Shown here in pieces: positions 40,785-52,436 of a DNA stretch of 64,000 bases. The number at the start of each line of letters is the position of its first letter. The stretch's first letter is position 1. A program made the translations under genes and the position numbers. The notes below the pieces were generated by a model that was not told where the DNA came from, searched no databases, and saw only the letters and a list, made by a program, of their open reading frames with translations. The stretch is taken from assembly GCA_963702475.1 (NCBI GenBank), contig CAVPCT010000002.1:192001-256000 (forward strand), written 5' to 3'. Source of the DNA: an uncultured Thermoleophilia bacterium. GTDB lineage: Bacteria; Actinomycetota; Thermoleophilia; UBA2241.

Positions 40785-41918
40785 ATGCCCGTTCGCATAG
40801 GCATACCGTGTGAGACGACGCTGGGGGAGACCCGCGTTGCGCTCGTGCCGGCGGTGGCCGAGAAGTACGCGGGTCTCGGTGCCGAGGTCGTCCTTCAGAG
40901 GGGAGCCGGCCACGCGAGCTATCTGGCCGATGCTGCGTACGTGGGCGTCACGCTCGTGGACTCAGCAGCGGAGGCGCTCGGCGCGGACGTCGTCCTCAAG
41001 GTCGATCCACCGAACGTGGATGAGGTGGCTCAGCTGCGCGAGGGCGCCGTGCTCGCCGGGTTGTTGCAGCCCTACAAGGCGCTCGACGAGACCAGGGCTC
41101 TCCGCGACCGAAAGGTCACCAGCTTCTCCCTCGAGCTGTTGCCGCGCATCACCAGGGCGCAGTCGATGGACGCGCTCACGTCGCAGGCGTCCATCGCCGG
41201 CTACAAGGCCGTGCTCATGGCCGCCGACCTGGCGCCGCGCTACTTCCCGATGCTCACCACCCCGGCCGGGACGTTGCGGCCGGCCAGAGTCGTCGTGCTG
41301 GGCGTGGGCGTGGCCGGCCTGCAGGCCATCGCCACAGCGCGCCGGCTCGGCGCCGTCGTCGAGGCCTACGACGTGCGCTCGGCCACCCGCGAGCAGGTGC
41401 AGTCGCTGGGCGGGCGCTTCATCGACACCGGCATCGACGCCGAGGCCGAGGGCGGCTACGCGCGCGAGCTCACCGACGAGGAGAAGGCCAAGGCGCAGGA
41501 GATCGTGGACAAGCACCTCGTGGACGCCGACGCGATCGTCACCACCGCCGCCATCCCCGGCAAGCCGTCGCCGAAGCTCATCAGCGCCGACGTGGTGGCG
41601 CGCATGAAGCCCGGCGCCGTCATCATCGACATGGCGGCCGAAGGCGGGGGCAACTGCGAGCTCACGCGCCCCGGCGAGACGCTCACCACCGACGCGGGCG
41701 TCACTGTCTGGGGCCCGCTCAACATCCCGGCCATGCTCCCTGTCCACGCCAGCGACCAGTACTCCCGCAACCTCATGCACTTCCTCACGCCCTTCATCAA
41801 GGAGGGGGAGCTCGCGCTCGATTGGGAGGACGAGGTGCTGGCCGGCAGCGTGCTCACGCGCGACGGAGCGATAGTCAATGAGCGCGTCCGCGCCCTGGTG
41901 GAAGGAGGCGCGTCATGA
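40785..41918 (+). CDS. pntA: NAD(P) transhydrogenase alpha subunit part 1
   Basis: PRITRAQSMD, GVGVAGLQAI, GGNCE. Confidence 0.95.
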   Translation: MPVRIGIPCETTLGETRVALVPAVAEKYAGLGAEVVLQRGAGHASYLADAAYVGVTLVDSAAEALGADVVLKVDPPNVDEVAQLREGAVLAGLLQPYKALDETRALRDRKVTSFSLELLPRITRAQSMDALTSQASIAGYKAVLMAADLAPRYFPMLTTPAGTLRPARVVVLGVGVAGLQAIATARRLGAVVEAYDVRSATREQVQSLGGRFIDTGIDAEAEGGYARELTDEEKAKAQEIVDKHLVDADAIVTTAAIPGKPSPKLISADVVARMKPGAVIIDMAAEGGGNCELTRPGETLTTDAGVTVWGPLNIPAMLPVHASDQYSRNLMHFLTPFIKEGELALDWEDEVLAGSVLTRDGAIVNERVRALVEGGAS

Positions 41919-42256
41919 TCAGCGGCTGGGCCGCCCTCTACATCTTCATCCTCGCCGGCTTCGTCGGCTACGAGGTCATTTCCCGTGTGCCGGTGATCCT
42001 GCACACGCCGCTCATGAGCGGGTCCAACTTCGTGCACGGCATCGTCGTGGTCGGCGCAATGGTCGCGCTCGGCAGCGCGACGACAACGCCCGAGCGCATC
42101 CTCGGCTTCGTCGCCGTGCTGCTCGGCACCGCCAACGCCGTCGGCGGCTACGCCGTCACCGAGCGCATGCTCGAGATGTTCACGAGCAGCAAGGACAAGG
42201 CGAAGAAGAAGGCCGCCGAGGGCGACGCCGCCGGCGGCGAGTCGAAGGCGGGCTGA
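41915..42256 (+). CDS. pntA: NAD(P) transhydrogenase alpha subunit part 2
   Basis: LHTPLMSGSN, GGYAVTERML. Confidence 0.93.
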   Translation: MISGWAALYIFILAGFVGYEVISRVPVILHTPLMSGSNFVHGIVVVGAMVALGSATTTPERILGFVAVLLGTANAVGGYAVTERMLEMFTSSKDKAKKKAAEGDAAGGESKAG

Positions 42257-42257
42257 C

Positions 42258-43642
<1,385 letters not shown>

Positions 43643-43643
<1 letters not shown>

Positions 43644-44062
43644 TGCCGGCGCCGGACGAGGCGGCCCCGAGGCCGTTCGACCCGATCCGGTACAAGGCGG
43701 CGAGCGCCGTCTTCAAGCTCGCCCTCACGACGCAGAAGGCGGGCGTACACCGCACCCTCAACCGCGAGCCCAAAGGCAAGGGGTGGGTGCAGTGCGTCGA
43801 CTCGCCCGAGGGCCTGCTGTGCCGGCCGCAGAAGGTGCGCGAGGCGATCGAGTACTTCAGGATCGCCTACGAGGTCTGGCCGGATATCGTCGCCCTCAAC
43901 CAGATCGCCTTGAGCTACGAGATGATCGGCGAGGCCGGGGAGGCCCGAGGGCACTTCGTCCGCATGCTGGCCCAGGCCGAGGCGGAGCAGAACGACGCGT
44001 ACGCCGGCGCCGCCCGGCTGGGCCTCGCGCGTCTCGGGCAGAGCGCGGAACCTGGGCGATGA
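43643..44062 (+). CDS. Hypothetical TPR-like protein
   Basis: TGATG coupling to pntB; helical TPR-like pattern. Confidence 0.55.
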
Positions 44063-44560
44063 CGCCGGCGCCGGGCATCGCGAGGCCGGCGCCGGCAGAG
44101 ATGTCGCCGGGCGCGCCGCCGGCCGGCAGCTCCGGGACCACGGGGGAGAGGCGGCCGCCGGCCTTGACGGCGTTCCCGCTCGCCGGCGCGATCCTCGAGC
44201 GGTTCGCCGGCGCTCTCGGCCCCGACTACGCGGGGTACGCCGGGCACGTAGCGCGCGTACTGGCGTTCTACCGGGCTCTCGCGCCGGACCGGCAAGCGCC
44301 GGAGCAGGTGCAGGTCGCCGGCGCCTTCCACGACCTGGGCATCTGGACGGCGCGCACGTTCGACTACCTCGCGCCGTCTGTGTCCCTCGCGCGCGAGTAC
44401 CTGTCGGCCGAGGGCCGCGAAGCATGGACGCCGGAGGTCGAGACGATCATCCTGCAGCATCACAAGCTGACTCCGTACACCGGACCGTTGCGGATGACCG
44501 TCGAGACGTTCCGGCGGGCCGACCTCACGGACCTCTCACTGGGTCTCTTCCGCTCGCGCC
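44059..44560 (+). pseudogene. HD-domain phosphohydrolase-like protein, 3'-truncated
   Basis: Y..H..RV, FHDLGIWT, HHK, AD; runs into unrelated TA-derived sequence. Confidence 0.55.
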
Positions 44561-44583
44561 TGGCAGAGAGGAGATCGAGCCGT

Positions 44584-44855
44584 ATGGATGCTGAGGAGTT
44601 CGACAGGAAGTCCGATGACGGGCTCGAAGACGTCATGCAGTAGTGGACCTCTCCGGTGAGCGTCGACCCGATCGCGACACGAAGCGCGTGAGCGTCGATC
44701 TTCCCCCGTGGTTGGTCGATGCCCTCGATAACGAGGCTGCGCGCTTGGCGGTGACCCGGCAGTCTGTGATCGAAGTCCGGCTCTCGGAGAGGGTCGACCA
44801 GAACCGGCGCGCGCTGGAGGCCGAGGGCGCGCGCCGCAAGTCGCAGACTGGATAA
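44584..44855 (+). pseudogene. BrnA/CopG-type antitoxin, broken by stop and frameshift
   Basis: MDAEEFDRKSDDG then (other frame) KRVSVDLPPWLVDALDNEAARLAVTRQSVI; TAG at 44641. Confidence 0.65.
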
Positions 44856-44887
44856 CAGCGCTTCCTAGCTTCGTGGTACCTTCCTAC

Positions 44888-44944
44888 GCAGAAGCCGGAA
44901 GCTGCAGCAGAGGTCTTCTCTCTACTGCACAAATGCAGTCGGGC
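44888..44944 (+). repeat. 57-bp dispersed repeat, copy 1 (candidate attI-like site)
   Basis: 50/57 identical to 52698-52754; internal inverted repeat; ends GTCGGGC. Confidence 0.8.
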
Positions 44945-45037
44945 ATCCGCTCGTCGACCCGTGGCGGAGTGCGGAGCGCGGGGTGGACGTTGCCCTCTGG
45001 CCGTTGCGGTTCCGCAGCTTCTGGTTATACTCACGGT

Positions 45038-45271
45038 ATGAAGACAGCGATCTCCATACCCGACGACCTGTTCGCCGACGCCGAGGAGCTGGCGCGGGAG
45101 CTGAAGAAGTCGCGCAGCCGCCTCTACGGTGACGCGGTGCGCGAGTACGTCGCCCGCCACTCCGCCGAAAGCGTCACCGAGGCCCTCGATCGCCTCTGCG
45201 ATGAGGTCGACTGCCGCAGCGATTTCGCCGGTGCCGCTGCGCACCGCACCCTGGAGCGCTCCGACTGGTGA
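45038..45271 (+). CDS. RHH antitoxin (MazE-type partner), probably leaderless
   Basis: MKTAISIPDDLF..SRSRLY; TATACT 6 nt before ATG. Confidence 0.85.
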   Translation: MKTAISIPDDLFADAEELARELKKSRSRLYGDAVREYVARHSAESVTEALDRLCDEVDCRSDFAGAAAHRTLERSDW

Positions 45272-45609
45272 CCGCCCAGGGCGAGGTCTGGTGGGCCGAC
45301 CTGGCCGAGCCCTCCGGCTCCGAGCCCGGCTTCCGCCGCCCCGTCGTGGTCGTCCAGGGCGACGCCTTCAACCGCAGCCGTATCGGCACCGTCGTCTGCG
45401 TCGCGCTGACCAGCAACCTGCGCTGGGCCGACGCTCCCGGCAACGTCCTTCTCACCGCGCGCGCCACGGGCCTGCCCAAGGACTCGGTCGCCAACGTCTT
45501 GCAGCTCGTCACCCTCGACCGCGAGGCGCTGACCGAGCGCGTCGGCGCCCTGCCCGCGAAGAAGCTCGAGCTGGTGCTGCTCGGCATCGACATCGTCCTC
45601 GGGCGTTGA
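45268..45609 (+). CDS. mazF: PemK/MazF toxin
   Basis: GEVWWADL..GSEPGFRRPVVVVQ, SVANVLQ. Confidence 0.9.
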   Translation: MTAQGEVWWADLAEPSGSEPGFRRPVVVVQGDAFNRSRIGTVVCVALTSNLRWADAPGNVLLTARATGLPKDSVANVLQLVTLDREALTERVGALPAKKLELVLLGIDIVLGR

Positions 45610-45616
45610 CGCGATT

Positions 45617-45703
45617 GCCCAACAAGCGGAGCAAGCTGGCTCGCCGAACCTCCGCGGCGCAGCGGAGCCGCGGCGCTCGCAGCTTCTCCGCGGCGCGTCA
45701 GCC
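45617..45703 (+). mobile_element. attC-like site 1
   Basis: GCCCAAC-aagcggagCaagctg...cagcttctccgc-GTCAGCC. Confidence 0.75.
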
Positions 45704-45745
45704 CGAACCGATCCTGTTCACACACCCGTAAGGAGATCTTCCACA

Positions 45746-46492
45746 GTGGACATCCCGCGGATCTTCACCATCACTGAGAGTGCTCACCGCATCCACAACC
45801 CGATCACACCCGAGAAGCTCGCCACTCTCGGCGCGGCGCTGCGTCTGGAATCGGGGGCGCGAGTGCTCGACCTCGGCAGCGGTTCGGGGGAGATGCTGTG
45901 CACCTGGGCGCGCGATCACGGCGTCAGCGGCACCGGCATCGACATGAGCCGGTCGTTCACCGAGCAGGCGAGACGCCGTGCTGAAGAGCTCGGCGTCGCC
46001 GATCGAGTCAAGTTCATCCACGGCGATGCCGCCGGCTATGTCTCTGACGAGAAGGCCGGCGTGGCGGCCTGTCTCGGTGCCACCTGGATCGGCGGGGGAG
46101 TCGCCGGCACCATCGAGCTCCTGGCGCGCAGCCTGCGCCCCGGAGGGATCGTCCTCATCGGCGAGCCCTACTGGCGGCAGGTGCCGCCGACGGAAGACGT
46201 CGCCAAGGGGTGTCTTGCCGGCGCGATCTCCGACTTCCTCCTGCTTCCGGAGCTTCTCGCGTCGTTCGGCCACCTCGGCTACGACGTCGTCGAGATGGTC
46301 CTGGCCGACCAGGACGGCTGGGACAGATACGAGGCGGCCAAATGGCTCACCATGCGCCGCTGGCTTGAAGCCAATCCCGATGACGAGCTCGCGAAGGATG
46401 TTCGAGCCCAACTGACCGCGGAACCCGAGCGCTACGCCGCGTACACGCGTGACTACCTGGGCTGGGGTGTGTTCGCACTGATGCCGCGGTGA
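45746..46492 (+). CDS. Class I SAM-dependent methyltransferase (YjhP-like)
   Basis: VLDLGSGSG, GEPYW, YLGWGVF. Confidence 0.88.
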   Translation: MDIPRIFTITESAHRIHNPITPEKLATLGAALRLESGARVLDLGSGSGEMLCTWARDHGVSGTGIDMSRSFTEQARRRAEELGVADRVKFIHGDAAGYVSDEKAGVAACLGATWIGGGVAGTIELLARSLRPGGIVLIGEPYWRQVPPTEDVAKGCLAGAISDFLLLPELLASFGHLGYDVVEMVLADQDGWDRYEAAKWLTMRRWLEANPDDELAKDVRAQLTAEPERYAAYTRDYLGWGVFALMPR

Positions 46493-46572
46493 TGCGTTGG
46501 CGCATGAGGCGGATCGTCAACGCCGAAGGTCATTGGCGGTTGGTCTGGGCCCAGATTGGCTACACGCGGTCG

Positions 46573-46657
46573 GGCTGATGAAGGCATCAACCTGACGGCC
46601 AGAAGGTGGACTGACCCGAGGGCGCCTGCGCCGCAGGTCATGCCTACGACGTTAGGC
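46573..46657 (+). mobile_element. attC-like site 2
   Basis: aggcatCaacctgAcg / cgcaggtcatgcct with the two extrahelical bases; ends GTTAGGC. Confidence 0.8.
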
Positions 46658-46681
46658 CGACGAGACGCGGGGATGGAGTCG

Positions 46682-47182
46682 ATGGGTGACATTGATCGTG
46701 ACGTTCGCGAGCTTCGCGCAGCGCTCGCGATGGGCAGGATCCAGAACGCTTACGTCGCACTCGTCAAGTACATGTCTCGACTTCGCGCAAGGTACGCGGG
46801 CGAGCGAGGGGACCGCACAGTCTCCGGCCTCTATCAAGGCTACTTTGACATGACGTACTTCGCGCTCTTTCCGGATTGGTTCAGGGAGCGCGACTTGAAG
46901 GTGGCGGTGGTCTTCGACTACGCGAGCTTCTCTTTCCAGGCATGGTTGGCGGCCCGCAATCGCAGGGTGCAGAGGTCCTACTGGGAGCAACTGCGTGACG
47001 CTGGATACACCGAACACACGTTGGTCGAGCCGGGTGCCGGGATCGATGCCATCGTGATCTCGGTTCTTGCCGACGACTTCTCCCTTGCTGATGAGTCTGC
47101 TCTGACCAGGCGAATCGAGGCTGGTGTGGAGTCCTTCGAAGACGACATGCTTGCCGTGCTCAGTGAACTGAGCGGTGTGTGA
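46682..47182 (+). CDS. DUF7000-like hypothetical cassette protein
   Basis: YQGYFDMTYFA, WLAARNR; atypical lower-GC codon usage. Confidence 0.65.
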   Translation: MGDIDRDVRELRAALAMGRIQNAYVALVKYMSRLRARYAGERGDRTVSGLYQGYFDMTYFALFPDWFRERDLKVAVVFDYASFSFQAWLAARNRRVQRSYWEQLRDAGYTEHTLVEPGAGIDAIVISVLADDFSLADESALTRRIEAGVESFEDDMLAVLSELSGV

Positions 47183-47186
47183 CGCG

Positions 47187-47273
47187 GCCGAACAAGCAGG
47201 AAGCTGATGCGGCGCAGGCCTTCTTGACTCTGTGAGGCCTGCGCGCACAGCTCATCCGCATGGGACGTTGCGC
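47187..47273 (+). mobile_element. attC-like site 3
   Basis: GCCGAAC..agctgAtgc..gcgcaggcct/aggcctgcgc..cagct..GTTGCGC. Confidence 0.7.
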
Positions 47274-47399
47274 CGGGACTCGAGGGTCGCGGCGTGCGTG
47301 GACTCGTCTACGGCGCGTATCGCGTCTTCGCCTCCACGCTCGGGAGTTGCTGAGCTTCGAGCCCCGGCCGTGGCGGCCGGGTCTCGAAGGATGCCTCGG

Positions 47400-47753
47400 T
47401 CATCCCCAAGCTCCGAGGATCGCGCCCATGATCGTGAACGCGACCGCGTGGTAGCCGGCGTCGATGAACCACAGCGCCAATGGCCGGCGCTCGAAGAGGT
47501 ACGTGATCGCCATGCCGGCCGCCACCCAGGCGACGCCGGCCGCGGCGCCGGCGGCCGCGCCGAAGGCGACGCCCACATCGGCGCCGATGAAGAACGCAAG
47601 GGTCGTGGCTGCGACCACGGCGACGACCGCCGACAGGCCGAACACCACGGGGAGCTTGCGGGCGGCGAGGTCGGCGTCGCTGAGCGCCGCGGCGCACTGC
47701 CACGCTTTCGCGAAGGGCAGGGGTGAGTACAACATCCCACCCAGAAGGAACAT
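47400..47753 (-). pseudogene. DUF1761-like membrane protein, 5'-truncated
   Basis: YSPLPF..AW, LFERRP..IDAGY. Confidence 0.6.
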
Positions 47754-47832
47754 CGACGCCGCCGCAGCGGCGATCGCGCCCCCGTCTCCACACCGCTCAT
47801 CGCGCCTTCCGGGAAAGGCTCGCGTCCGAGGA

Positions 47833-47898
47833 AGTAAAAAACTCTTGACATGATGTCCGCATCGCTTTACAGTACGTCATGTCAAACATTCCTGACAT
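47833..47898 (+). promoter_or_regulatory. Sigma70-type promoter with flanking operator-like palindromes
   Basis: TTGACA(47845)-17 bp-TACAGT(47868); ATGTCA-N8-TGACAT at 47879-47898 and a related copy over the -35. Confidence 0.75.
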
Positions 47899-47947
47899 CA
47901 TGAGCAGCCCCCACAGTGGGGCGACTCGCAGCAAGGAGGCGATCCTG

Positions 47948-48400
47948 ATGCCGTTCGAAGAGAAGATCTCATGGGTCAACGCGGTGGTCATGGCCATCGT
48001 CCCGGTGGCCTATTTCGTGATCATGCTGGGCCGGCTGGGCGACACGCCGGCGGCCGACATCTCCTACCAGTGGCCGCTCCTCATCGCCATCGGGGCGTCG
48101 ATCGTCCTGACCATCGTCGGGTCGATCCTGGCCGGCATCGGCACCGGCATCTCGGCGGAACTGCGCGGCAGGTCCGCCTCCGCCGAGATCGATCGCAAGG
48201 ACGAGCGGGACAAGCAGATCAGCCGTCACGGCGACCTGATCGGCTTCTCCGTCTCCTCCTTCGGCATGGTCGGCGTGCTCGCCCTCACGATGCTCGAGTA
48301 CGAGTATTTCTGGATCGCCAGCGTCCTCTATCTCTCGTTCGTGGTCGGCACGCTGGTCGGATCGGTGGTCAAGATCGTCTCGTACCACCGGGGCTTCTGA
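47948..48400 (+). CDS. Membrane protein (DERD motif) partnered with XRE regulator
   Basis: AAGGAGG RBS; 4 TM helices; KDERDKQI. Confidence 0.75.
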   Translation: MPFEEKISWVNAVVMAIVPVAYFVIMLGRLGDTPAADISYQWPLLIAIGASIVLTIVGSILAGIGTGISAELRGRSASAEIDRKDERDKQISRHGDLIGFSVSSFGMVGVLALTMLEYEYFWIASVLYLSFVVGTLVGSVVKIVSYHRGF

Positions 48401-48402
48401 CC

Positions 48403-48624
48403 ATGGGCAAGCCGACCAGAGTGACCAACCGCATCCGGGCGCTCCGCTTCGCCGCCGGCGAGATGACGCAGGCCGATCTCGCCGACAGGGTGGGCGTCAC
48501 GCGCCAGACCGTCATCGCCATCGAGCAGGGCCGGTACTCGCCGTCGCTCGAGATGGCCTTTCAGATCGCGCGGGTGTTCGACCTCCCGCTCGACGACGTG
48601 TTCCAGTATCCGAAGGAGAAGTGA
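48403..48624 (+). CDS. XRE-family HTH regulator
   Basis: MTQADLADRVGVTRQTVIAIEQGRYSPSL. Confidence 0.92.
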   Translation: MGKPTRVTNRIRALRFAAGEMTQADLADRVGVTRQTVIAIEQGRYSPSLEMAFQIARVFDLPLDDVFQYPKEK

Positions 48625-49376
48625 TGGACACCTCCACAATCCGCGCCGAGCCCACGGTGCTGCTCCTCGGCGGCACCGGGCGCACCGGCGGGCGCGTCCT
48701 GACGCAGCTTCTGGGCCGCGGCATCCGTTTGCGCGCCCTGGTCCGGTCGGCCGAGCGGCTCCCGGCGGGCGTCGCGGGCGACCCGCTGCTGACGATCGTC
48801 GAGGCGGACCTGCTCTCCCTGAGCGCCGAACAGGTCAAGGAGCAGGTCGACGGCTGCGACGTCGTGATCTCCTGTCTCGGCCACACCATCAGCGCGAAGG
48901 GGGTCTTCGGGCGGCCGCGCGACCTCGTCACGCGGTCGGTGGAGCGGGTGTACCGGGCGACTTGGGAGCTGCGGCCTGCGCGGCCCGTGAAGCTCATCCT
49001 CATGAGCAGCGTCTCCGTGAACCGCCCGGGAGGCCTGGACACGCGGCGCGGGTGGTTCCAGCGCGCCGCCCTCTGGCTGCTGCGCGGCCTCGTGCCTCCG
49101 GCGCGGGACAACCAGCGCGCCGCCGACTTCCTCCACGACGTCGTCGAGGCGGCCGATCCCTCTGCGGAGTGGGTGGTCGTCCGGCCCGACACGCTGAAGG
49201 ACGGCGACGTGACCGAGTACGCGCTGCACGAGGGTCTCGTGGACGGCATGTTCCGCCCCGGCGAGACCAACAGGGCCAACGTCGCCCATTTCATGTGCGA
49301 GCTGGCGAGCGACGTCGGGGCGTGGGCGGCCTGGCAGGGCAAGCTCCCCGTGATCGTGAACGCATCGCCTGAGTGA
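48624..49376 (+). CDS. NAD(P)H-binding atypical SDR
   Basis: GGTGRTG, WVVVRP, RANVAHFM. Confidence 0.85.
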   Translation: MDTSTIRAEPTVLLLGGTGRTGGRVLTQLLGRGIRLRALVRSAERLPAGVAGDPLLTIVEADLLSLSAEQVKEQVDGCDVVISCLGHTISAKGVFGRPRDLVTRSVERVYRATWELRPARPVKLILMSSVSVNRPGGLDTRRGWFQRAALWLLRGLVPPARDNQRAADFLHDVVEAADPSAEWVVVRPDTLKDGDVTEYALHEGLVDGMFRPGETNRANVAHFMCELASDVGAWAAWQGKLPVIVNASPE

Positions 49377-49563
49377 CCCCGCCGCGGCGGTGACGGCCGC
49401 CGCGCGCAGCCCCATGGGCATGGCCGACGCCTGACGTCGCCGTGCTCGCCTCGAGGTCGTGTGTGGTGCACGACCGACCCATCCAACGACGAGCCTGGGC
49501 TTGCCATGCGCTGCTTCGGCCCGTCACGGCCGCCGGCGCGAGACCAGCCGGCAGCGGGAGAAG

Positions 49564-51894
49564 ATGACAGTGACGCAGAGCGAGAACAAGCAGAACAGGC
49601 GGGGCGCCGGAGCGGGCTCCAGCCTCACGGAACGCCTGGCGCGCACCAGCGCCCTCCACCCGTGGCGCACCATCGGCATCTGGACGGTGCTCATCGTCCT
49701 CGCCGTGGTCGCGGTCGGTACGCTGCTCGGCAGCGGCCTGACCTCGGACATCAAGTTCCGTGCCGACAAGCCGGACAGCCTGGTCGGCCAGGAGCTCCTC
49801 GAGCAGCGTCTCACCGGGCCGCGGCAGATCACCGACTTCGTCATCGTGCGCTCGGCCTCGGCCACAGTCGACGACCCCGCATTCAAAGCCTACGTCGACG
49901 ACCTCACCCGCCGGATCACCGGCCTGGGCCCGGCGGTCGTCAGGAGCGTGTCCACCTACTACCAGACCGGTGACCCCACCGTCGTCTCGAGAGACGAGCA
50001 CGCGACCCTTATCCCCGTGGTCATGGCCGGCACCATCGACGACGCCGTGAAGAACGCGGGCAAGCTGCACACGCTCGTCGTGGCGGCCCAGGGCCGGGGC
50101 TTCACCGTCGCGCTGACCGGCGACGCGAGCATCATGGAGATGTTCATGACGCTCGCCGAGAAGGACCTGGCGCGCGGCGAGATCCTCGGCGTCCCCGCCG
50201 CGCTGATCGTGCTCCTGATCGTCTTCGGCGCGGTGCTCGCGGCGTGCATGCCGCTGCTGATGAGCATAATCAGCATCGTCCTCGCGCTGGCCCTGACCGC
50301 GCTCATCGGCCAGGTCTACCCGATGACCGCCTTCGCGCTGAACATCCTCACCATGATGGGCCTGGCGGTGGGCATCGACTACACACTCTTCGTGATCAGC
50401 CGCTACCGCGAGGAGCGCGCCCGAGGCCTCGCGAAGATCGACGCCATCGCCGCGACCGGCGCCACCGCCAATCGCGCCATCTTCTTCAGCGGCATGACCG
50501 TGGTGCTCGCCATGGCCGGCATGGTCATCATCCCGCTCGACGTCATGATCAGCATGGGCATCGGCGTGATGCTGGTGGTGTTCACCACGCTGGTGACGGC
50601 GCTCATCGCCCTGCCGGCGCTGCTGAGCCTGCTCGGGGACCGCGTCGACGCCCTCCGCGTGCCCTTCATCCGCCGCCGCGCCACCCGCCGTCTGAGCGGC
50701 GGCTCCGGCATCTGGGAGCGCCTGGCGCACAGCATCATGCGCCGCCCGGTCGTCTGGCTCACTATCGCCGTCGTGGCGCTGCTCGTGGCGGCCGCCCCCG
50801 TGATGATGATGAAGAGCGGCGACAGCACCGCGAGCGCAGCCCATCTTCCCGACAGTGAGTACGCGAAGCAGGGCTGGGACATCCTGGACCGGGACTTCAC
50901 CCTGGGCAAGGCCAATCCGCTGCTGATCGTGATCGACGGGCAGGCGGCCTTTCCGCAGGTGAAGCGGGCCGTGGAGGACCTGCAGGCGGCCATGAAGAGC
51001 GATGGCGACTTCGGCCCGGCCCGGGTCACAACGAACGAGGCCGGGGACCTCACCCTCATCACCACGACGCTCGCCGGCGATCCTGCGGGCGAGGCCACCC
51101 AGTCCGTCGTGAAGCGCCTGCGCGAGGACATCGTGCCGCGGGCCGCGGGCGGACTGGCCGCGAAGGTGTACGTCGCCGGCACCACCGCGGGCGTCGTCGA
51201 CTACCTCGGCTTCTTCGGCGCCTGGATGCCGGTGGCGATGGCGGTGATCCTGAGCCTGAGCTTCGTGCTCCTGCTGGTCGCCTTCCGCTCCGTCGTCATC
51301 CCGGCGCAGGCGATCCTCATGAACCTGCTGTCGGTCGGAGCCGCCTACGGCCTCATGGTGCTGGTCTTCCAGAAGGGTGTCGGCGCCGGCCTCCTTGGCC
51401 TCACCCAGGTCGACACCATCGAGGCCTGGGTGCCGCTCTTCCTCTTCAGCCTGCTGTTCGGCCTCTCCATGGACTACCAGGTGTTCCTGCTCAGCCGCAT
51501 CAAGGAGCGCTACGACGAGACCGGCGACACCCGCGAGGCGGTCGCCCACGGCCTCGGCCGCACCGCCGGCATCATCACCGGCGCGGCCGCCATCATGGTG
51601 TGCGTGTTCGGCGGCATGGCCACCGGCGAGCTGGTGATGTTCCAGCAGATGGGCTTCGGCCTCGCCGTGGCGGTCTTCCTCGACGCCACGGTGGTGCGCA
51701 CCATCATCGTGCCCGCCGCCATGGAGCTGCTCGGAGACTGGAACTGGTACCTGCCGCGCCGGCTGCAGTGGATCCCCGATGTCAGTGTGGAGGGGCGCAG
51801 CCACGAGCCGGCGGCGCCGAAGGAGCCCCGTCACCCCCGGCACGAGCCCGGCATCACCGTCCCGCGGCCTTCTCTCGGAGGCGCGGAGCACTAG
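49564..51894 (+). CDS. MMPL family RND transporter
   Basis: GIDY..SRYREE, GLSMDY, DAT.VR...VPA. Confidence 0.92.
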   Translation: MTVTQSENKQNRRGAGAGSSLTERLARTSALHPWRTIGIWTVLIVLAVVAVGTLLGSGLTSDIKFRADKPDSLVGQELLEQRLTGPRQITDFVIVRSASATVDDPAFKAYVDDLTRRITGLGPAVVRSVSTYYQTGDPTVVSRDEHATLIPVVMAGTIDDAVKNAGKLHTLVVAAQGRGFTVALTGDASIMEMFMTLAEKDLARGEILGVPAALIVLLIVFGAVLAACMPLLMSIISIVLALALTALIGQVYPMTAFALNILTMMGLAVGIDYTLFVISRYREERARGLAKIDAIAATGATANRAIFFSGMTVVLAMAGMVIIPLDVMISMGIGVMLVVFTTLVTALIALPALLSLLGDRVDALRVPFIRRRATRRLSGGSGIWERLAHSIMRRPVVWLTIAVVALLVAAAPVMMMKSGDSTASAAHLPDSEYAKQGWDILDRDFTLGKANPLLIVIDGQAAFPQVKRAVEDLQAAMKSDGDFGPARVTTNEAGDLTLITTTLAGDPAGEATQSVVKRLREDIVPRAAGGLAAKVYVAGTTAGVVDYLGFFGAWMPVAMAVILSLSFVLLLVAFRSVVIPAQAILMNLLSVGAAYGLMVLVFQKGVGAGLLGLTQVDTIEAWVPLFLFSLLFGLSMDYQVFLLSRIKERYDETGDTREAVAHGLGRTAGIITGAAAIMVCVFGGMATGELVMFQQMGFGLAVAVFLDATVVRTIIVPAAMELLGDWNWYLPRRLQWIPDVSVEGRSHEPAAPKEPRHPRHEPGITVPRPSLGGAEH

Positions 51895-51908
51895 CTCGGA
51901 CGAGGGCA

Positions 51909-51944
51909 GAAGGGGCGGGGCGCCCGCGGGCGCCCCGCCCCTTC
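51909..51944. terminator. Hairpin between convergent genes
   Basis: gaaggggcggggcgccc-gc-gggcgccccgccccttc. Confidence 0.75.
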
Positions 51945-51991
51945 CGTCGTTCTCTGAGGCGGCCACCCGGCCGGCGTGACCGCGGCGAGGC

Positions 51992-52436
51992 TCAGGCCAG
52001 CGTCGCCTCCACGCTGAGCTCCACGTTGCCCTTGAGTGCGCCGCTGATGGGGCAGCCGTCCCTGGCGTCCTCGGCGGCTTGATTGAACGCCGCCTGGTCG
52101 ATGCCCGGTACCCGGCCCTTGACCGTGATCCGCGATGAGCCGGTCTTCCAGCCGCCCTCGATCTCCTTGAACGTCACCGTGACGCTGGTCTCGAGCTTCT
52201 CGGGCGGGGTGCCGGCCTCACCGAGGATGTGCGAGAGCGCCATGCTGTAGCAGCTCGCGTGCGCGTCGGCCACGAGCTCCTGGGGGCTGGTCTTGCCGTT
52301 CGAGCGCTCGGTGCGCGATGCCCAGGTCACGGGCAGCGGGCCGGCGGCGCCGCTGGTCACCAGCGAGACTTCTCCGGAACCCTGACCCAGTGAACCCTGC
52401 CAGACTGCGTCGGCGACGGCGTGGTGCGTCGGCCAT
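51992..52436 (-). pseudogene. osmC: OsmC peroxiredoxin with +1 nt directly after the start codon
   Basis: AVWQGSL..GSG, HASCYSMAL, CPISGAL; RBS-preceded ATG is out of frame. Confidence 0.75.
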
